DNA of 64,000 nucleotides from Selaginella moellendorffii (GCF_000143415.4 NW_003314322.1:559430-623429), one strand, 5' to 3'. Shown: positions 12,227 to 25,065, counted from the stretch's first letter. The notes: generated by a model from the sequence alone, not told the origin. Translations and numbers: made by a program.

Positions 12227-15163
12227 GACAGTATGTCTAAATTTCATTCCATTATTATATGTGCTACATTACCCCCTTTCAAATATGTGAATGTCTTTAT
12301 TGACTATTGACTAACAACCCCTATTACACCAAAGGGAACTAACATCTCTATTTCTACACAAAAATTTATCAATCCTTTTATTGTTTAAATTAGCTATTTT
12401 ATGTGAGGTAACTAATCATCCACCCGTATCACAATCCCATGGTGGCATCCATAAGAGGAAGAACGTATGCATGGATGTTCAATACATATGATTTCAAATT
12501 TATGGATAAGAATATACTTTACTCAAGGGTTTATTATATTTTCTCCAATACCACATGTAATGCACTTTATTTCACTCCCCTTAAGCTAATTAGAAAAGGG
12601 GTAATTATTTGATAAGAAAGCCTTTAATAACTATTTTATCCCTATTTATCCCCCAACATTCCAAAAATCCACAATAATAGTATATCTAAATCTTATTCCA
12701 TAATCACATGTATTACACCTAAGTTCAAGGACAAGGGTGAGGACATGGTCATGGCTATGAACTACTGTTGATCTTCTCAACATTTCCCTAATTCCCTCCT
12801 CTCATCTATGTCTTAAATGCTTTAAGATTGGCAACCTCTATTGCTTATGTAGAGACCTTAGTGTCAACATGTTTTGTTGGTGGTGTTTCAGTGGAAGTTC
12901 TAAACACTGAGATGCTTTTGAGAAATGAGGAGTCACGTAAGTCTTTATGCGAATAAGTTAATGACTTTTTTATTTTTATTTCAGGAGTATCATCAAAGGG
13001 TACCAGTTTATCTAATGTTTACTTCCCAAGCTCGTTTTTATAATAGGTTTCCTATTATTTTTTCTATATTAGTTGATACAAACTCGAGTTTATCTTTTAT
13101 TGTTCAGCTTATTGCCATATGCTGCTATCTACATTTGCATCGTGTAGTAGAGCCAGTTTTCATTATTTATAGAAACGGTTACATATATGCAAATGCATGG
13201 GATGAGGCACATCTAGTTGTGCATATAAACAATTTTGAGTTTGAGTTGCAGCCATTGTAAGTTGTGCTGAATTGAGCTTTTAACTTTATCCTGTATGGAT
13301 TAATTATGGTGCAATCAGTGTAACTTTGAAGCTTCTCCCTTTTGTCTCACATTTCCTTATATTTCTTCTATTCCTTTTACTTTTATTCTTTTTTGCGCCC
13401 CTTTACTCTTACTTTTGCTTCCATCACTTTTGTCTCTTTATTACTTCTTTTTATATTTCTGTCTTGTTCTTTTATACCCTCTTTAAATCCCGTTAACAAT
13501 ATTTGTATTATAACAGTTGATTGGCTTATGAAGGAGTGCCAATCTCTTTGAATTTGATTTTTCATTTAGAGCCAAAATTATAACACATCATCCTATTCTA
13601 ACTGGGGATGTTTGTTTAGTCAATGTTCTAATTCATCATCAGTCACCAAAAGAGGTTAAGATTTTATGTGCAAATATTAAGGAGATATTAAAAAATAGTG
13701 TTATCCGAAAGTCATAGAGTCCTTAGGCATATGAACCTCCTCTTATGATAAACCCTAATAGAAGTATTTATTTCTGCATCGACTATCATTTGTTAAATAA
13801 AGTCATAATCCCGCCTCACACTGCTAATCTTTTGGATTGTCTAGGGAGAAATCATTAGTTCACTATATTAGATTTTCTAGGTACTGGCAAATGTTGATAG
13901 TTGATGAAAATATTCCTAAAACTACTTTTTATACATTATTTAGTTTGTACAATTTTTTGGTAATGCCATTTAATTTAAACAATACTCCAATGACTTTTCA
14001 ACAAATGATAGATGAGATTTTTTATGATATATCACAAATGATTATTGACTTCATTGATGATGTCTTGATCCACTTGAAGGGGATGTAGAAGGAACTTGCC
14101 TATGATGTTTGTACGGTGTTGGATCGGCTGCGAGAAGTTGGTTTAAAGCTAAAATGATCAAAGTCCGTGTTTAGGTCTTCAAAGACATAACTTATTTAAG
14201 GTACCATATTTCAAATGAAGGTTTGTAAGTTGATCTTAACAAATTTATGGTTATTCCCAAACTCTTTATTCCAAAGTGTGTGAATGACATACAACTCTTC
14301 TTAGGCAAGGTGCAATATCTTAGCCATTTCATTGATCATCTTTTTTATTATACTATACTGCTGCAAATATTGTTAAAGTTGTTAATATCATCTTTCATAT
14401 TATCTATAGGCTATGAAAGGGCATTTATGGATTTTAAAGAGTTATTGATGACTCTTTCAGTTTTAACATATTCTAACTACACTTAACTTTTCATTTTGCA
14501 CATAGATGTTTTTGATATTAGTTTTAAATGTGTGTTGATGCAAGAGAACTTGAGTGTTCTTAGTCATATTATATACATCAACCATACATTACAACTAGTA
14601 CAACTGAACTACTCTACAATAGAGGAAATGTGTTTAGCAGTAGTTTTGGGGTTTTGAAAAACTTCATGCATATTTATATGGTTCTCGGACATTATTAAAA
14701 GATGATCATGCTATAATTACTTCATTATTGAAGTAAAAAAACTTAGTTAGTCGTATTGTTTAGTGAGCTTTAAAGCTTTAGATATATGATTTTGGTATTA
14801 TTTATCACCTAGGGAGTTATATAGCTAATATTAATGCCCTTTCTTGAGCTCTTCTTCCTTTTTCACTCTTTTCTCATATTTCTAATGAGCTTGTTATTCC
14901 AGTATCTATGGCTATTTGGACAAATATTTTATATCATCAATAATTGTTGTACTTGATGTTAAGTGTTTACAAGATTTATTTTCTCTTGATAAAGTTTATG
15001 AGGCTCAAAAGGTTAAGTTGTGGATTCAAAACCTTTGTGATGAGATTGAGAATCTTGCATCATTTGTTAATGACTTGCCATTTTGGCATTCACATTTTTA
15101 ATATGACCTTGAAGACAATCTTCTTTATTTTATGGAGATGGATCATAATGATCATTTATGGTT

Positions 15164-15694
15164 CTATTCAAACCCAAAGACGCTTAACCCCAACTATCCC
15201 AAAACCCTTAACCGATTGGAAAAAGTGGTGCATTCTTGTTCATAGGCCCTTTCCCTTTGGTTGTTTACAATTCACCACGCTTCCCTACAAGTTCACGCTC
15301 TCGTGAACGGAAGCTAAAAGCTATAGCTCTCCCGAGAGCCCCACTTTTTTGACACCCTACCCCTCGGGTCGAGCCCAACGGGAGCAAACTAGACCAGCCA
15401 GATATCAATCAACATGTGGTGCGATTCTCCTAGCCAACCAACAAAGTCAGACCCAAAACCTCTTTAATACCAAATGTAAATTCATGAATTTGGACTTTTC
15501 AGAAACTCCTTGAATTTGGACTTCCCGGGAAGTCACCCAACCCAATACTATTCAAACCCAAGGACGCTTAACCCCAATTATCCCAATACCTTTAACCGAT
15601 TAGAAAAAGGGGTGCACTTTTGTTCATGGACCCTTTCTCTCTATATTTGAACTCTATAGATTGTCTCTCGAATCATTTCCTTTGGTTGTTTACA
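15164..15694 (-). mobile_element. Cassandra-like TRIM retrotransposon with a 5S rRNA-derived LTR segment
   Basis: Direct repeats: 15475-15694 is a full LTR (TGTAAAC...TTTACA on the minus strand) and 15164-15269 is truncated. Degenerate tRNA-Met PBS at 15460-15472, PPT-like GGGAAGCGTGGTGAAT at 15270-15285, and a ~205-bp non-coding core. Confidence 0.85.
15518..15572 (-). promoter_or_regulatory. 5S rRNA internal Pol III promoter-like segment (box A, IE, box C) within the TRIM LTR
   Basis: Minus-strand GTTAAGCGTCCTTGGGTTTGAATAGTATTGGGTTGGGTGACTTCCCGGGAAGTCC matches recalled plant 5S rRNA at 46/55 positions without gaps. Confidence 0.85.
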
Positions 15695-18008
15695 ATTGTG
15701 TTTAGTGCCAAACTCGTAATATTCCCCCTTTTACTATAGAAGAATGGTTTGAGTCAATTGTAGTTTTATGTTTATTTAAGTTAATGGCATTTTATCTTAC
15801 GGTCGATTATTAATAATGATTATGTTATTATTACTTTTAACTACTTTAATCATTAAGTGGAAGTCAATACTCTTGATAATGTGTTTACTATTGCTATTAT
15901 ATACTTTCTCTTCAATCGAATGGTGTTTCAATATTCCTATTTGGAGCAAATTTTTTCGAATGATGTTCCCACATTTATAGCTAAAACATTTTAACATTTT
16001 GGTTTGGAATACACCATACTTTCACAAATGTTTATCATCTATAATCATATGGTTTGGTAGAACGGCCTATTCGGACCTTCAAAGGATGACCACAAAATAT
16101 ATGAACTTTCAACATTTAGATTAAGATGGTTATTTGCTATCTCTTTTATATAAGGTGCAAAGTTTTGTTAGTACTTCATCATATAAATTGTTATATGGTC
16201 ATGATTTAATATTACCAACAAAGTTGAGTTTACCTTTATAATTGCTATAAACTATCTATACTACATCTTGGGATTAATATTTGATGAGCATTTTTCCAAG
16301 TAGAGTTTATCAAACATCTAAGCCGCATACAAATGGGACAACAATATCATTCTCCACCTACAAAGTACAAAATGGATGACTTTATGTTAATCCATTTTCC
16401 CAATCTTACAATACATTATTTGTCTAAAAAGCTCCTTCTTCTGTGGAAGAAATTGTATTAGGTGTTATAGCAAGTTAGACTTCAAATTTATGAGGTTCAA
16501 TGTGATGTATAACAAACTAATCCTCTAAAAATTATGCATATAATAGCTAAAATGTTTCGTATAAAGGGATCATGAATAACTAACACTACATATAGATTCA
16601 CCAATATTTCCTCTTGATATTTCTCCAAATTTTAATTTGTCCACTAAAGAACTTTAACTATCTTCCATTCTTCTAAGATGAGGGAATGATGTGAGGTCCA
16701 AGTGTATAGTTATGATGTCATATATTAATATTAATATAGTGGGATTTTGATAGCTGTCAAATTAATTTCAATTTGGACCACTTCCTTTTGTATATAAACT
16801 AGCAAGGCAAGGCAACTTGGGCTAATTTATATGTATATTTTTGTATTCCATTTTTGTATTCCATGCATTCACACTTTTATACTTTTAAGTTTCAAATATT
16901 TAATAAAAATTAGGTACAAATGATTTTAAGAATTAATAAATATTCCTTACATCAATGAACTAAGCATTGTTGCAAAAGTGCAGGAAATTATTCTAGAATG
17001 GTTTGCAAGAAGATTCTATAATATTTCTTTAGAATATTATATTCACAAACCTTGAACCCAAGGAGATTTTAAAAATTTCCTTTAGAATATTATATATCAC
17101 ATAATATATCCTCTATAATACCATATACCTCACACCAATTACTTGGTTGTAAGAGGTAGTTTTGGTTAGTTTATGTCATTCTTTCATGCCATTGAGATCC
17201 TAGGCTGACAGTTCTACTTAAATTGATTTTGCAGACAGAACATCTTTCTTGATCCTTGCAACAAAGATGTGAATTTCCAGTGGGCTTGTCCACATAGACT
17301 GATGGCACAGAGAAATTGCAAATTAATGATATTTTTGCATTGTCTAGAGTCAAGGTTTTGCTATTGGGTTCTTTGTGTGAAACCTTAGTCAATGCACTAG
17401 GCTTGGCCACAATGAACGACATTTTGTCATCATAAATATATACCATAAGAACTGTTTCTAGATGCCAACATCTAGCAAGGCAAGCAACTTGTGGTTGTAA
17501 AGGAAACACACATCTTTTTCTATACACACTGTTGTTGACATTTGCTTCGTATGGCTAAATCATAAGACCTTGCGGTGGCATTATTGCTGGAGTAATAGGC
17601 CCTCCAGAACACAGAGGATAGTGACATCTAGGCTCAGGTAGTTTACTTGGCTGTCACAAGCCGCAAAGAGCACAAGCTACATGAAGATCACTACTACCTA
17701 GCCTCCTCTTGTACCACCTCAACCAGCACCTCTGCCAGCATTTGCATCTAGGGCTGCTTGCAAGTTGGACAACTCATGTAGATCTGTTGATCTCGAGAAA
17801 TCTTTGCTGAGATATGCTCCTAATTGTCCTTAGCTGATGCTACACTACCAACCTACACTCCACACACTAGTGCCATCAAACAAGGAATCCCTTCTCCAAT
17901 ATGTCACTCTGGAAAACCAAGGGACACACCCCACCCCAGCCAAAGATTCCCTTTAATCCCCTACTGCCAACCAGAAAAAAGGAAACCACAACATTCTGAC
18001 TTTCCATC

Positions 18009-20250
18009 TTATTCTTGAGCTTGCATCTGGCACTCAACATGATTTCGGTGACTAATGCTCTTCGTCCCTGCCAGGTAATGGTGGAATTTTCGGTGGAGGA
18101 ATGTGATAACAAGATAAGTGAGCTTCATTTGCCAGCCACTAAAATCCTCAAGCTTGACCGAGCTGTTCATATTCACTGTCTTCACTCGATAGGGATCAAC
18201 CCACTGGATCTTCAGCTTGCCTGGCCGCTTCCAATACTTGCTCTCATATAAGAGAACAAGATCGCCCACAGTAAAAGTCTTGCTGCGCAAATGCCAATCA
18301 TACCACTTCTTCTTTTGACACTAGAAGGCTCGAGCTTATCAAAGTCCTTCAACCTTTTCTTCTAGCTCCATCCCAATGCTTGATTGCTGTATGCAGTGAG
18401 GGAATTTCCAGCTCAAGAGGAAGAATTGCTTCTTGTCCATAGACAAGCTGAAACAGTGAGAACCGAGTTGGTACCTTGTAAACCACCCATAGAGCATCAA
18501 GGAGCTTCAAGTCCCAGTCACTAGCACTAGCATCGCACAGCTTTGCCAGAGAGCACTCAACTTGCCCATTCGCTCTCGGATGGTATGGTGTGGAACAATG
18601 ATGGGAAATTCCATACTGGACAGTAAGAGCAGTTATATAATATATTTGCATTTATAAAATGCGTGCCCCAATCAGTGATGAGCTCCAATGGACAGCCAAA
18701 ACATGTGATGATGTTCTTTTAGAGGAACTCAGCAACCTTCTCTATTATATCCATCCACCCACTTGATCAATAGTCTATACTAATTCCTCTTATTCGTGTT
18801 GGCTTGAACAGTCCCATAAAATCAATGCCCCACTTCTCAAAAGGAAGAGCTGGAATCAAAAGCATTGCATCCCAGTGAGTGGGCCGTCCAATACACTGGT
18901 AAGGATGACACCTTCTTACAAAGTTTGCTATGTTCTACTGGAGAGTCGGCTACCAATATCCATCTTGAAGAAGAACCATCACAAGAGGCAATAATCTGCT
19001 TGAATTCTTGCTGTAAAATATAGTGCTGCAACCGGCCCTTCTTGTAAAGTTGGCCTGCAATCAAAGTAAAAGCATGGGATTGGTACAAGAGTTGCTTCTA
19101 TGCCACCTCATCATGTCTGGGAAAATTCACCAACTGCTAGAAACTCCGAAATTCCCTAGTACCACTCTGGAGCAGCCTCAGCATGAGCTCCCTCCCTCTG
19201 GAGTTTCTCCATTAGCCTCTAAAGAGAGCTGTATCTAGCAACTCATCCTTGACCCCTTCCTGCTCTGACTCTCCAGGTAGTCTCGACAAATGCTCGGGCA
19301 ACAAGTGAGATTTTCATGGCTTAAGCATGATCTCAAACTCAAATTTTTGGAGGAGAAGAAGCCAGCAAGTAATATGGCGACATAGCTTATTGATGAGATG
19401 AGCATCTGGTGGTCTAGGTAAAACACAAATCAGAAGTAATAGCAATATTTGCAGTCAGCCCTCTCAGTTGCTATATAATTCCTTTCGGCTCTAGACAACT
19501 ACCAGCAAATTGGGTGATCCCAACCATCATGTGGCTGGCAAAGAGGCTGACACGTCCATATGAATATGGAATTAGCCAAGTGGCTTCAAAATAGGCACAA
19601 TTGTCAAAGCTAACCAAAAGAAACTTGGCATCTAGGAAAGGAGCATCCTTCCTTAACAAGATTGTCAAGGGAGAAGCTACATTGGCATAGTGCTGAATAA
19701 AACATCAATGATACCCAATGTGGCCCAGAAAAGCTTGATGGTCTTTCACAGTTCTTGGGGGCATTAGCTTTTTCACAACCTGGATTTATAGCCAAGGCTG
19801 AGACTACCCTACCAAGAAGCGTGCATCTTGAAATTGTATTTTTTGAAATACCAAACTTCCAGCATCGCGGAAACACTACACTGGTAACTTCCAAAAGTCA
19901 AAAAGTCAGAGGAAAACTTACACTCTCTTGTGAAGAAGACTTGCTAAAAAGTAGCCGGTGTGTTGGTCAACCTGAATGGCATGACAAAGAAAATAAAGCA
20001 GCCCTACTCTGTAACAAATGCAGTCTTTTCTCTATCGTCCAGAGCTACTTGTATACTCTACGTTGTAGCAGCTAAAGCCGTCAATAAAGCTATAGAGTTC
20101 GTTGCATCGGTAAACAGATAGTTAACCACTACCCTTCACCATTTAGGGTTCATGGACTATTTGTGATCCAGATCTGCAAGTAGAACTTTGAAGTTGGAAC
20201 TATCAATGACCGAAGAAAAAGTCAAAGTTAAAGATTCTCTAACTAGAAAT
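18009..20250 (-). mobile_element. Degenerate Gypsy pol fragment (RT-RNase H-integrase; Athila/Tat-like)
   Basis: YSFIDGFSCYN..VALDDREKTAF (RT), STPYHPRANGQVE, FQLVYGQEAILPLELEIPS and FTVGDLVLLY..PGKLKIQWVDPY (integrase C-terminus), with frameshifts. No LTRs identified. Confidence 0.85.
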
Positions 20251-20581
20251 TTGAGTCAGGTATGTTTGTTATTTTTCCTTTCTTTCTAGTTTCAAAAGTA
20301 GGAAGACAAATTCTTGGAGCTTAGAGCTGGACAATCTTTCCACAACTTCACCTGGCAGCAAGGAAACATTTACTGGACAATATCGCCCCATTTGCTCTCT
20401 ATCAGAAACAAGGATTTAATTTGGCAAAGTTTTTTTGCATCCAGAACGCCACTTGAGAAGCTGAAAATCTCGTTTGAACGCATGTTCGAACTTCCATTTT
20501 GTTTTCTATGCTCTGGAAATAGGAAAGTAAACTAATTCCACTGTCAAACCCTATGTGCATGAAGAAAGGAAGAAAGGAAAT

Positions 20582-21500
20582 CTAATGCGCCGAGAACGCG
20601 AAAAAACCAAAAGCAATGCTCACTGCAGTAAGTTTCTGCGGTTCCTTATACATTGTTGGTATGACAAGCACAGGAAAACTTTTCTCCACGTCCGAACTCT
20701 GACCGAGAACTAAAGTCGAATCCCCACGTCCAAATTCAATGATGGTATTGCAATACTCACTTAGGTTCGTGAGTTTGCCAGTGTCAATATTCACGGTCCA
20801 GACATGAAGCCAGCCTGCACATAAAGCTTCCAAGTCAGCTCACTCCTTGCTTCCTTGTCAGTACCTTGCCCTTGAGCTGCGGCTCTGGTTGAATCAATCC
20901 TGTGGATGTGATCCGGCACGAAAGAAACGCTGCCTATCCGCTTTTCTCCAGTCAGCAGCTTCATCATGTACTTGTTTGAAAGCCGAGGACCATGAAACCG
21001 CCATTCAATCTCGTCTGAAACAAGAGACTTGAGTGTGATCGCATCCGCCGCCAGCAATCTGTCATAGAATTGGACCACCAAATCGACCTGTATGCCAAAA
21101 AGAAGGTTTTTCACAGATGGAAAGAAATTTTGTGAAAAGCTTTACGCTTGCAGTATAATTTTTGAGTTTTTCTCGAGCCTCAGCTCCAACGGCGACATAG
21201 ACACCTGAAGGAACGAACTCGTCTCCGCCGGAAACACTGGCATTTAGAGATAGTTCTGCCTAAAGAGGAGATTTTGCGGACGATATGGAAAATGAACATG
21301 TGGCTTACGAGCTGGCGTGTCGATTCCACAGTAATACTTAGTACGACGTCGTCCAGAAACTCCTTGGTGTGCACTTCGTCACTCTGTGGAAATAAAAGGC
21401 AAGAACTTCAGAAGATAGCGCTACTTGCTACTACTCACCTTTAGATCCTTCAAACGAGGCGTTTGGTTGATCAAAAGTTGTGCCAGATCGTCCGTTGTTA
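20582..21500 (-). CDS. Multi-exon protein with a C-terminal wound-induced WI12/SAG20 (NTF2-like) domain; 5' extent uncertain, possibly to ~23300
   Basis: VVQFYDRLLAADAITLKSLVSDEIEWRFHGP...MMKLLTG...FVP, a ~50-bp intron, then WLHVWTV...LSEYCNT. Further in-frame upstream exons have GT-AG sites. Confidence 0.75.
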
Positions 21501-23329
21501 TAAGACTTCGCGTTTCCCTCTGAATGGGAGTAAGCATTTTGAGCTATGCAGCAAACTCCAAGCACCAGTGGCTCGTGTAAAATTTGTCCGTGACCATGAA
21601 ATTTGTGCATTAGACATATATATATGTAGAAAAATGTAAGCGATCATTCCACTCAGTATGTCACATTCATCCTGTTTGAGCACGCTTTTAGTCGATTCCC
21701 TCTTAGCAGTGTGACACACACTGTGCCATAAAAGGGACCTATAACTTATCACTACGATCCAGAAGAGACTCGAAGAAATATCTCTGGAGACATTTCCTGA
21801 CCGGATTTCAATTGAGTCGTCAGATGAATATAACTCAGTCTTTTACTGGCATCATGATTTAGATAATATCTTAGCTTTCAGGGATCCAAAAACAAAGGTG
21901 ACAGATATTTGGAGAAGAAACCCGCTTTCTACGGGAAATCCTCGATTCATCTATATTTTGTGGCTCCTAACGCTGTGGGATTGATCAGGCACACGAATCT
22001 TTCAATGCGGGTGCATGGGACAGGAAGAAAGAGGCTCCAAAAGTTAATCTCCCGCGCGTCAATGATTCGATCGACCTCATGACGAACAGCAGCATCTTGC
22101 TAACACCGGAAGAGAGAGGTAACTTCATTTATACGTTTCGTGTTTCCAGTCAGTGTGGAAATTTACTAGAAAGAGGAAGCATTGAGACGCGCCTAGATTG
22201 CTGTTTTCTTCGTTATCTAGTGTTTCTAACGCTAAGAGAGTGATGATTCAAAGTAACTCTATTGTTTCCCTGCGAGTGTTTGCGACGGGACGAGAGAGGT
22301 GTTTCTCCAAATATCGATCTCTCTTTTGCTGCAATATTGTCGGCCTTTGTAGTCCCAGTTTCGTTCGATCGTGGCAAAAGACACCGTCGTTTGGCTCACG
22401 ATGCTGACGATTAGCTGAAAGAAGTTTTTACTTTTGCTGACTTTACGTGTCACTAGATTACTCGGAATCACGGACAAATTTATCGAAAACTGTGGTAAAA
22501 GGCTTGGCGCTGCATTGCAGCCAACACGGGCCTTTACGGTGAGTTGATGTTAACTGAGAAAACTAACTAGTTTACGTTGAAATAGATATGGACTTGGGCG
22601 AAGTTATCTTCACCATGTTGATAAGCCTGATCCATCTAGTATCAAAGCTCGATTCGAACCTCTTATCAAGGCTTGAAAGTGAGTGACGTTCTATCTCGAT
22701 GATCTTCACTTGGTTTTGCTGCATAGCATGGGAGTACAAGTCCCGAAGAGTTCGTTCGAGACGCAGCAGCACTTGCTGGATGGAAAGTCTTTACCAAATC
22801 AATCCGCCATCTCGTAACTGAGTTTCTTGATGTGTCACTATTGAACGATTTTTTCCCAGTCAGCAGAGATTGCTATGGAGTCTTTCACGATGGAGGAGGA
22901 CAGTCGAGAAATCACTTCGGGTAGCTCTAGATAGAACAATTTTCTAGCCATTTGTTGACATTGAAGTCGCCTGGCAATACAGGTCTCTTTCAAGTTGCCA
23001 GGGGGTTTCACATTTCATCAACTGTTACATCCAAAGGGCTTGCCGAAATTGCGGATGGAATGGAACAGCATGAACGTGACATACTGGATTATGTTCTTTT
23101 CTCTGTCTAATGTTGTCGAACGCAGATCTCACTGAAACTTCAAGTTCACGGGCAGCTTTTACACGAGCGACTGGTAGAAGTTCCTCCTTGAATATTGATT
23201 TCACTTAAAAATCGCTGCAGCCTACTCGCAGCTGGATCTTGACCTTTGGTACGTCTATAGCTGATAAACCTGCAAATGCTTACTATCATTCAGTAAATAC
23301 GGACATACAACACCTCGTATTTACCTGGC

Positions 23330-23930
23330 AGAACACTTGATCAGCCAAGCGGCTATGAATGTCCAAGGACTCATTCGGAAAAATCTTAGAGTGAGTTGAA
23401 GTTGCAATATCTTTATCACTTCATTCTCATAGATTGCAAGAACGAACCTCATGGAGTTCTTGCGCAATACTGTATTACTCGCTGGCTTCGACCGCTTTCT
23501 GGAATCAACACGTCAGCTTGTAAGCCACGTTTACGTTAAATAGTGCTCTCAAAGTTGCTCTTCAGATCCATTGATGCCAATGTTTCTGGCGTATGTTGTG
23601 GTGCTATTGAGGGATATCATGGTCCCCGGCTTTCGGACAAATATATGATGAAGCTGCTGACTGGAGAGCAACGGCTTGGCAGCGTTTGCTTCGTGCCTGA
23701 TCAGATCCGGACAGTCGATTCCAACAGAGTCGAGCTGAAGGGCAAGGTATCTGTGGGGAAGATGAACGCTGTTCTGCAGGGTGGCTTCATATATGGACCG
23801 TGGATGTGAACACTGAGTGAGTATTGCAGTACCATCGTTGAAATAAAACGGGGAGATTCAAAAGTTAAAAAGCTTGACTGTGCTTGGTTTACCAACCATA
23901 TAGGAACAAGAGGTCTTCGGTTTTCTCTCC
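23330..23930 (+). pseudogene. Inverted, deleted/frameshifted paralog of the WI12-domain gene
   Basis: ESTRQL|gtaagc exon, YHGPRLSDKYMMKLLTGEQRLGSVCFVPDQI and WLHIWTV, followed by a frameshifting deletion. Confidence 0.75.
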
Positions 23931-24199
23931 CGAAGGTTCGTTCTTGTTTTTTCGCACGTAGAGTTTGACATGTGTATACTGTCTTCATCTCAGGCGGACT
24001 TGCATATACCATTGGAACTCGGTGCCATGTCTATTTTACTTCTAGAACAACAAGTTCTTGCGTTGAGCTTGTGTTCTTCCTCCAGGCTTCCATTCATTGG
24101 TCCAGCTGTTGCATGCGTTGCAGAAAAAAGACCCTTCGGAATTTTTTTTAGTCGCGTGAGCGGAAGTACATATTTTCCAACTATTGATTCAATTTTTTT

Positions 24200-24960
24200 C
24201 TGCCACCATAACAAACGATAGCTTGGGTCTTTACATGGAGGAGGACAAAGCCAAGAGTTTTAGACACATTCTCAAGGCGTTTCTCGGGCCTGAAGGGGTA
24301 CAGAGACACGTCGGAAAAACGAGTGATCTGATCCAAAAGCACGTCGAAAGAGCTGGACTGGTGAGAGCAGAATCAAGGGCTATGACGTGTTGAAACAAGC
24401 TCTCTTTTTTATCATCATAGATTTCGTCTTCAGCTTATCAGACGAGAATGAAGTTGCTACGATGCGAGATCTGGTTGGAGACATAACTCAGGCAGCACTA
24501 CAGATACCACAACAGGGAGATCATCTCTTGTCCGTGCTACTCGACGTGACGAGCAGGAGCTCCTTGGCGTTCTTGATCAAATGCATCGCTCAGAACCCCG
24601 CCAAGGTACGAAGAGCTTTTCCAAGTTGTGACGTTTCTAAAGCTTTATGTCCAGAGAACCAGGCAATAGCATCAGGAAAATAACATGGAGAAGCAATCAA
24701 GTGGAGCGCTATCAAGTAAATGAAATACACTTGGAACGTCGTCAAGAATCCATGCGATTGTTTCTTGCTGCCGGTGGAAGCTTGCGCACGGCACATGTAG
24801 ATTTCGAGGTGGAGGGCTTCACGGTGCCAAAAAACTGGCAAGTAAGTAGCCTCCGAGCAAACTTTGCCGATCAGTTAGTAATATTTGTCTCTTCTCCTTG
24901 GCAGCACGAACGAGAGATTCTTTCCTGAGCCAAAAAAGTTTGATCCTCGGCTCGTTTACA
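24200..24960 (+). pseudogene. Cytochrome P450 pseudogene (CYP85 clan, CYP716-like)
   Basis: FRHILKAFLGPEG, ESMR (ExxR), FEVEGFTVPKNWQ and FPEPKKFDP motifs. It has frameshifts, large internal deletions and no heme-Cys motif. Confidence 0.8.
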
Positions 24961-24984
24961 ATTAACAAATGTTAATTAGCCTAA

Positions 24985-25065
24985 GTTGAGATGGCCGAGC
25001 TGGTCTAAGGCGCCAGATTAAGGTTCTGGTCCGGAAGGGCGCGGGTTCGAATCCCGCTCTCAACA
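24985..25065 (+). tRNA. tRNA-Leu (anticodon AAG)
   Basis: GTTGAGA/TCTCAAC acceptor stem, D-arm TGGCCGAGCTGGTCTAAGGC, anticodon arm CCAGA-TTAAGGT-TCTGG, long variable arm and GGTTCGAATCC T-loop. Confidence 0.97.

Larger units (their letters stand above)
10225..16873 (+). mobile_element. Degenerate Ty3/Gypsy LTR retrotransposon with short (~180 bp) LTRs
   Basis: LTR pair at 10225-10400 and 16690-16873 (TGTGAGGT...CACG/CACA), with CTTT flanking both ends. TGGTGG.. PBS-like sequence follows the 5' LTR and a purine tract precedes the 3' LTR. Remnants in order: gag, protease (ILVDTNSSLSFI), RT (YWQM..KTTF..VMPFNLNNTP..FIDDVLI), RNase H, integrase, with many stops. Confidence 0.9.
9244..17170 (-). 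mobile_element. Decayed hAT (DUF659-type) DNA transposon relic hosting nested retroelements
   Basis: The minus strand shows eroded transposase motifs: PYQEL* (10045-10065, cf. PSYxELR), NN* (9924-9932, cf. DGW), MVNYWSHTEGSI (cf. LINFLV..P.G..F) and ICGQMHSLD (9580-9606, CxxH). There are imperfect terminal inverted repeats (AACTAACC..CTTACAACC at 9244-9270; GGTTGTAAG..GGTTAGTT at ~17145-17171). Confidence 0.55.

Noticed and set aside
15518-15572. Functional 5S rRNA gene
   Set aside because: Only ~55 of ~120 nt match, both ends are missing, and the segment lies within an LTR.
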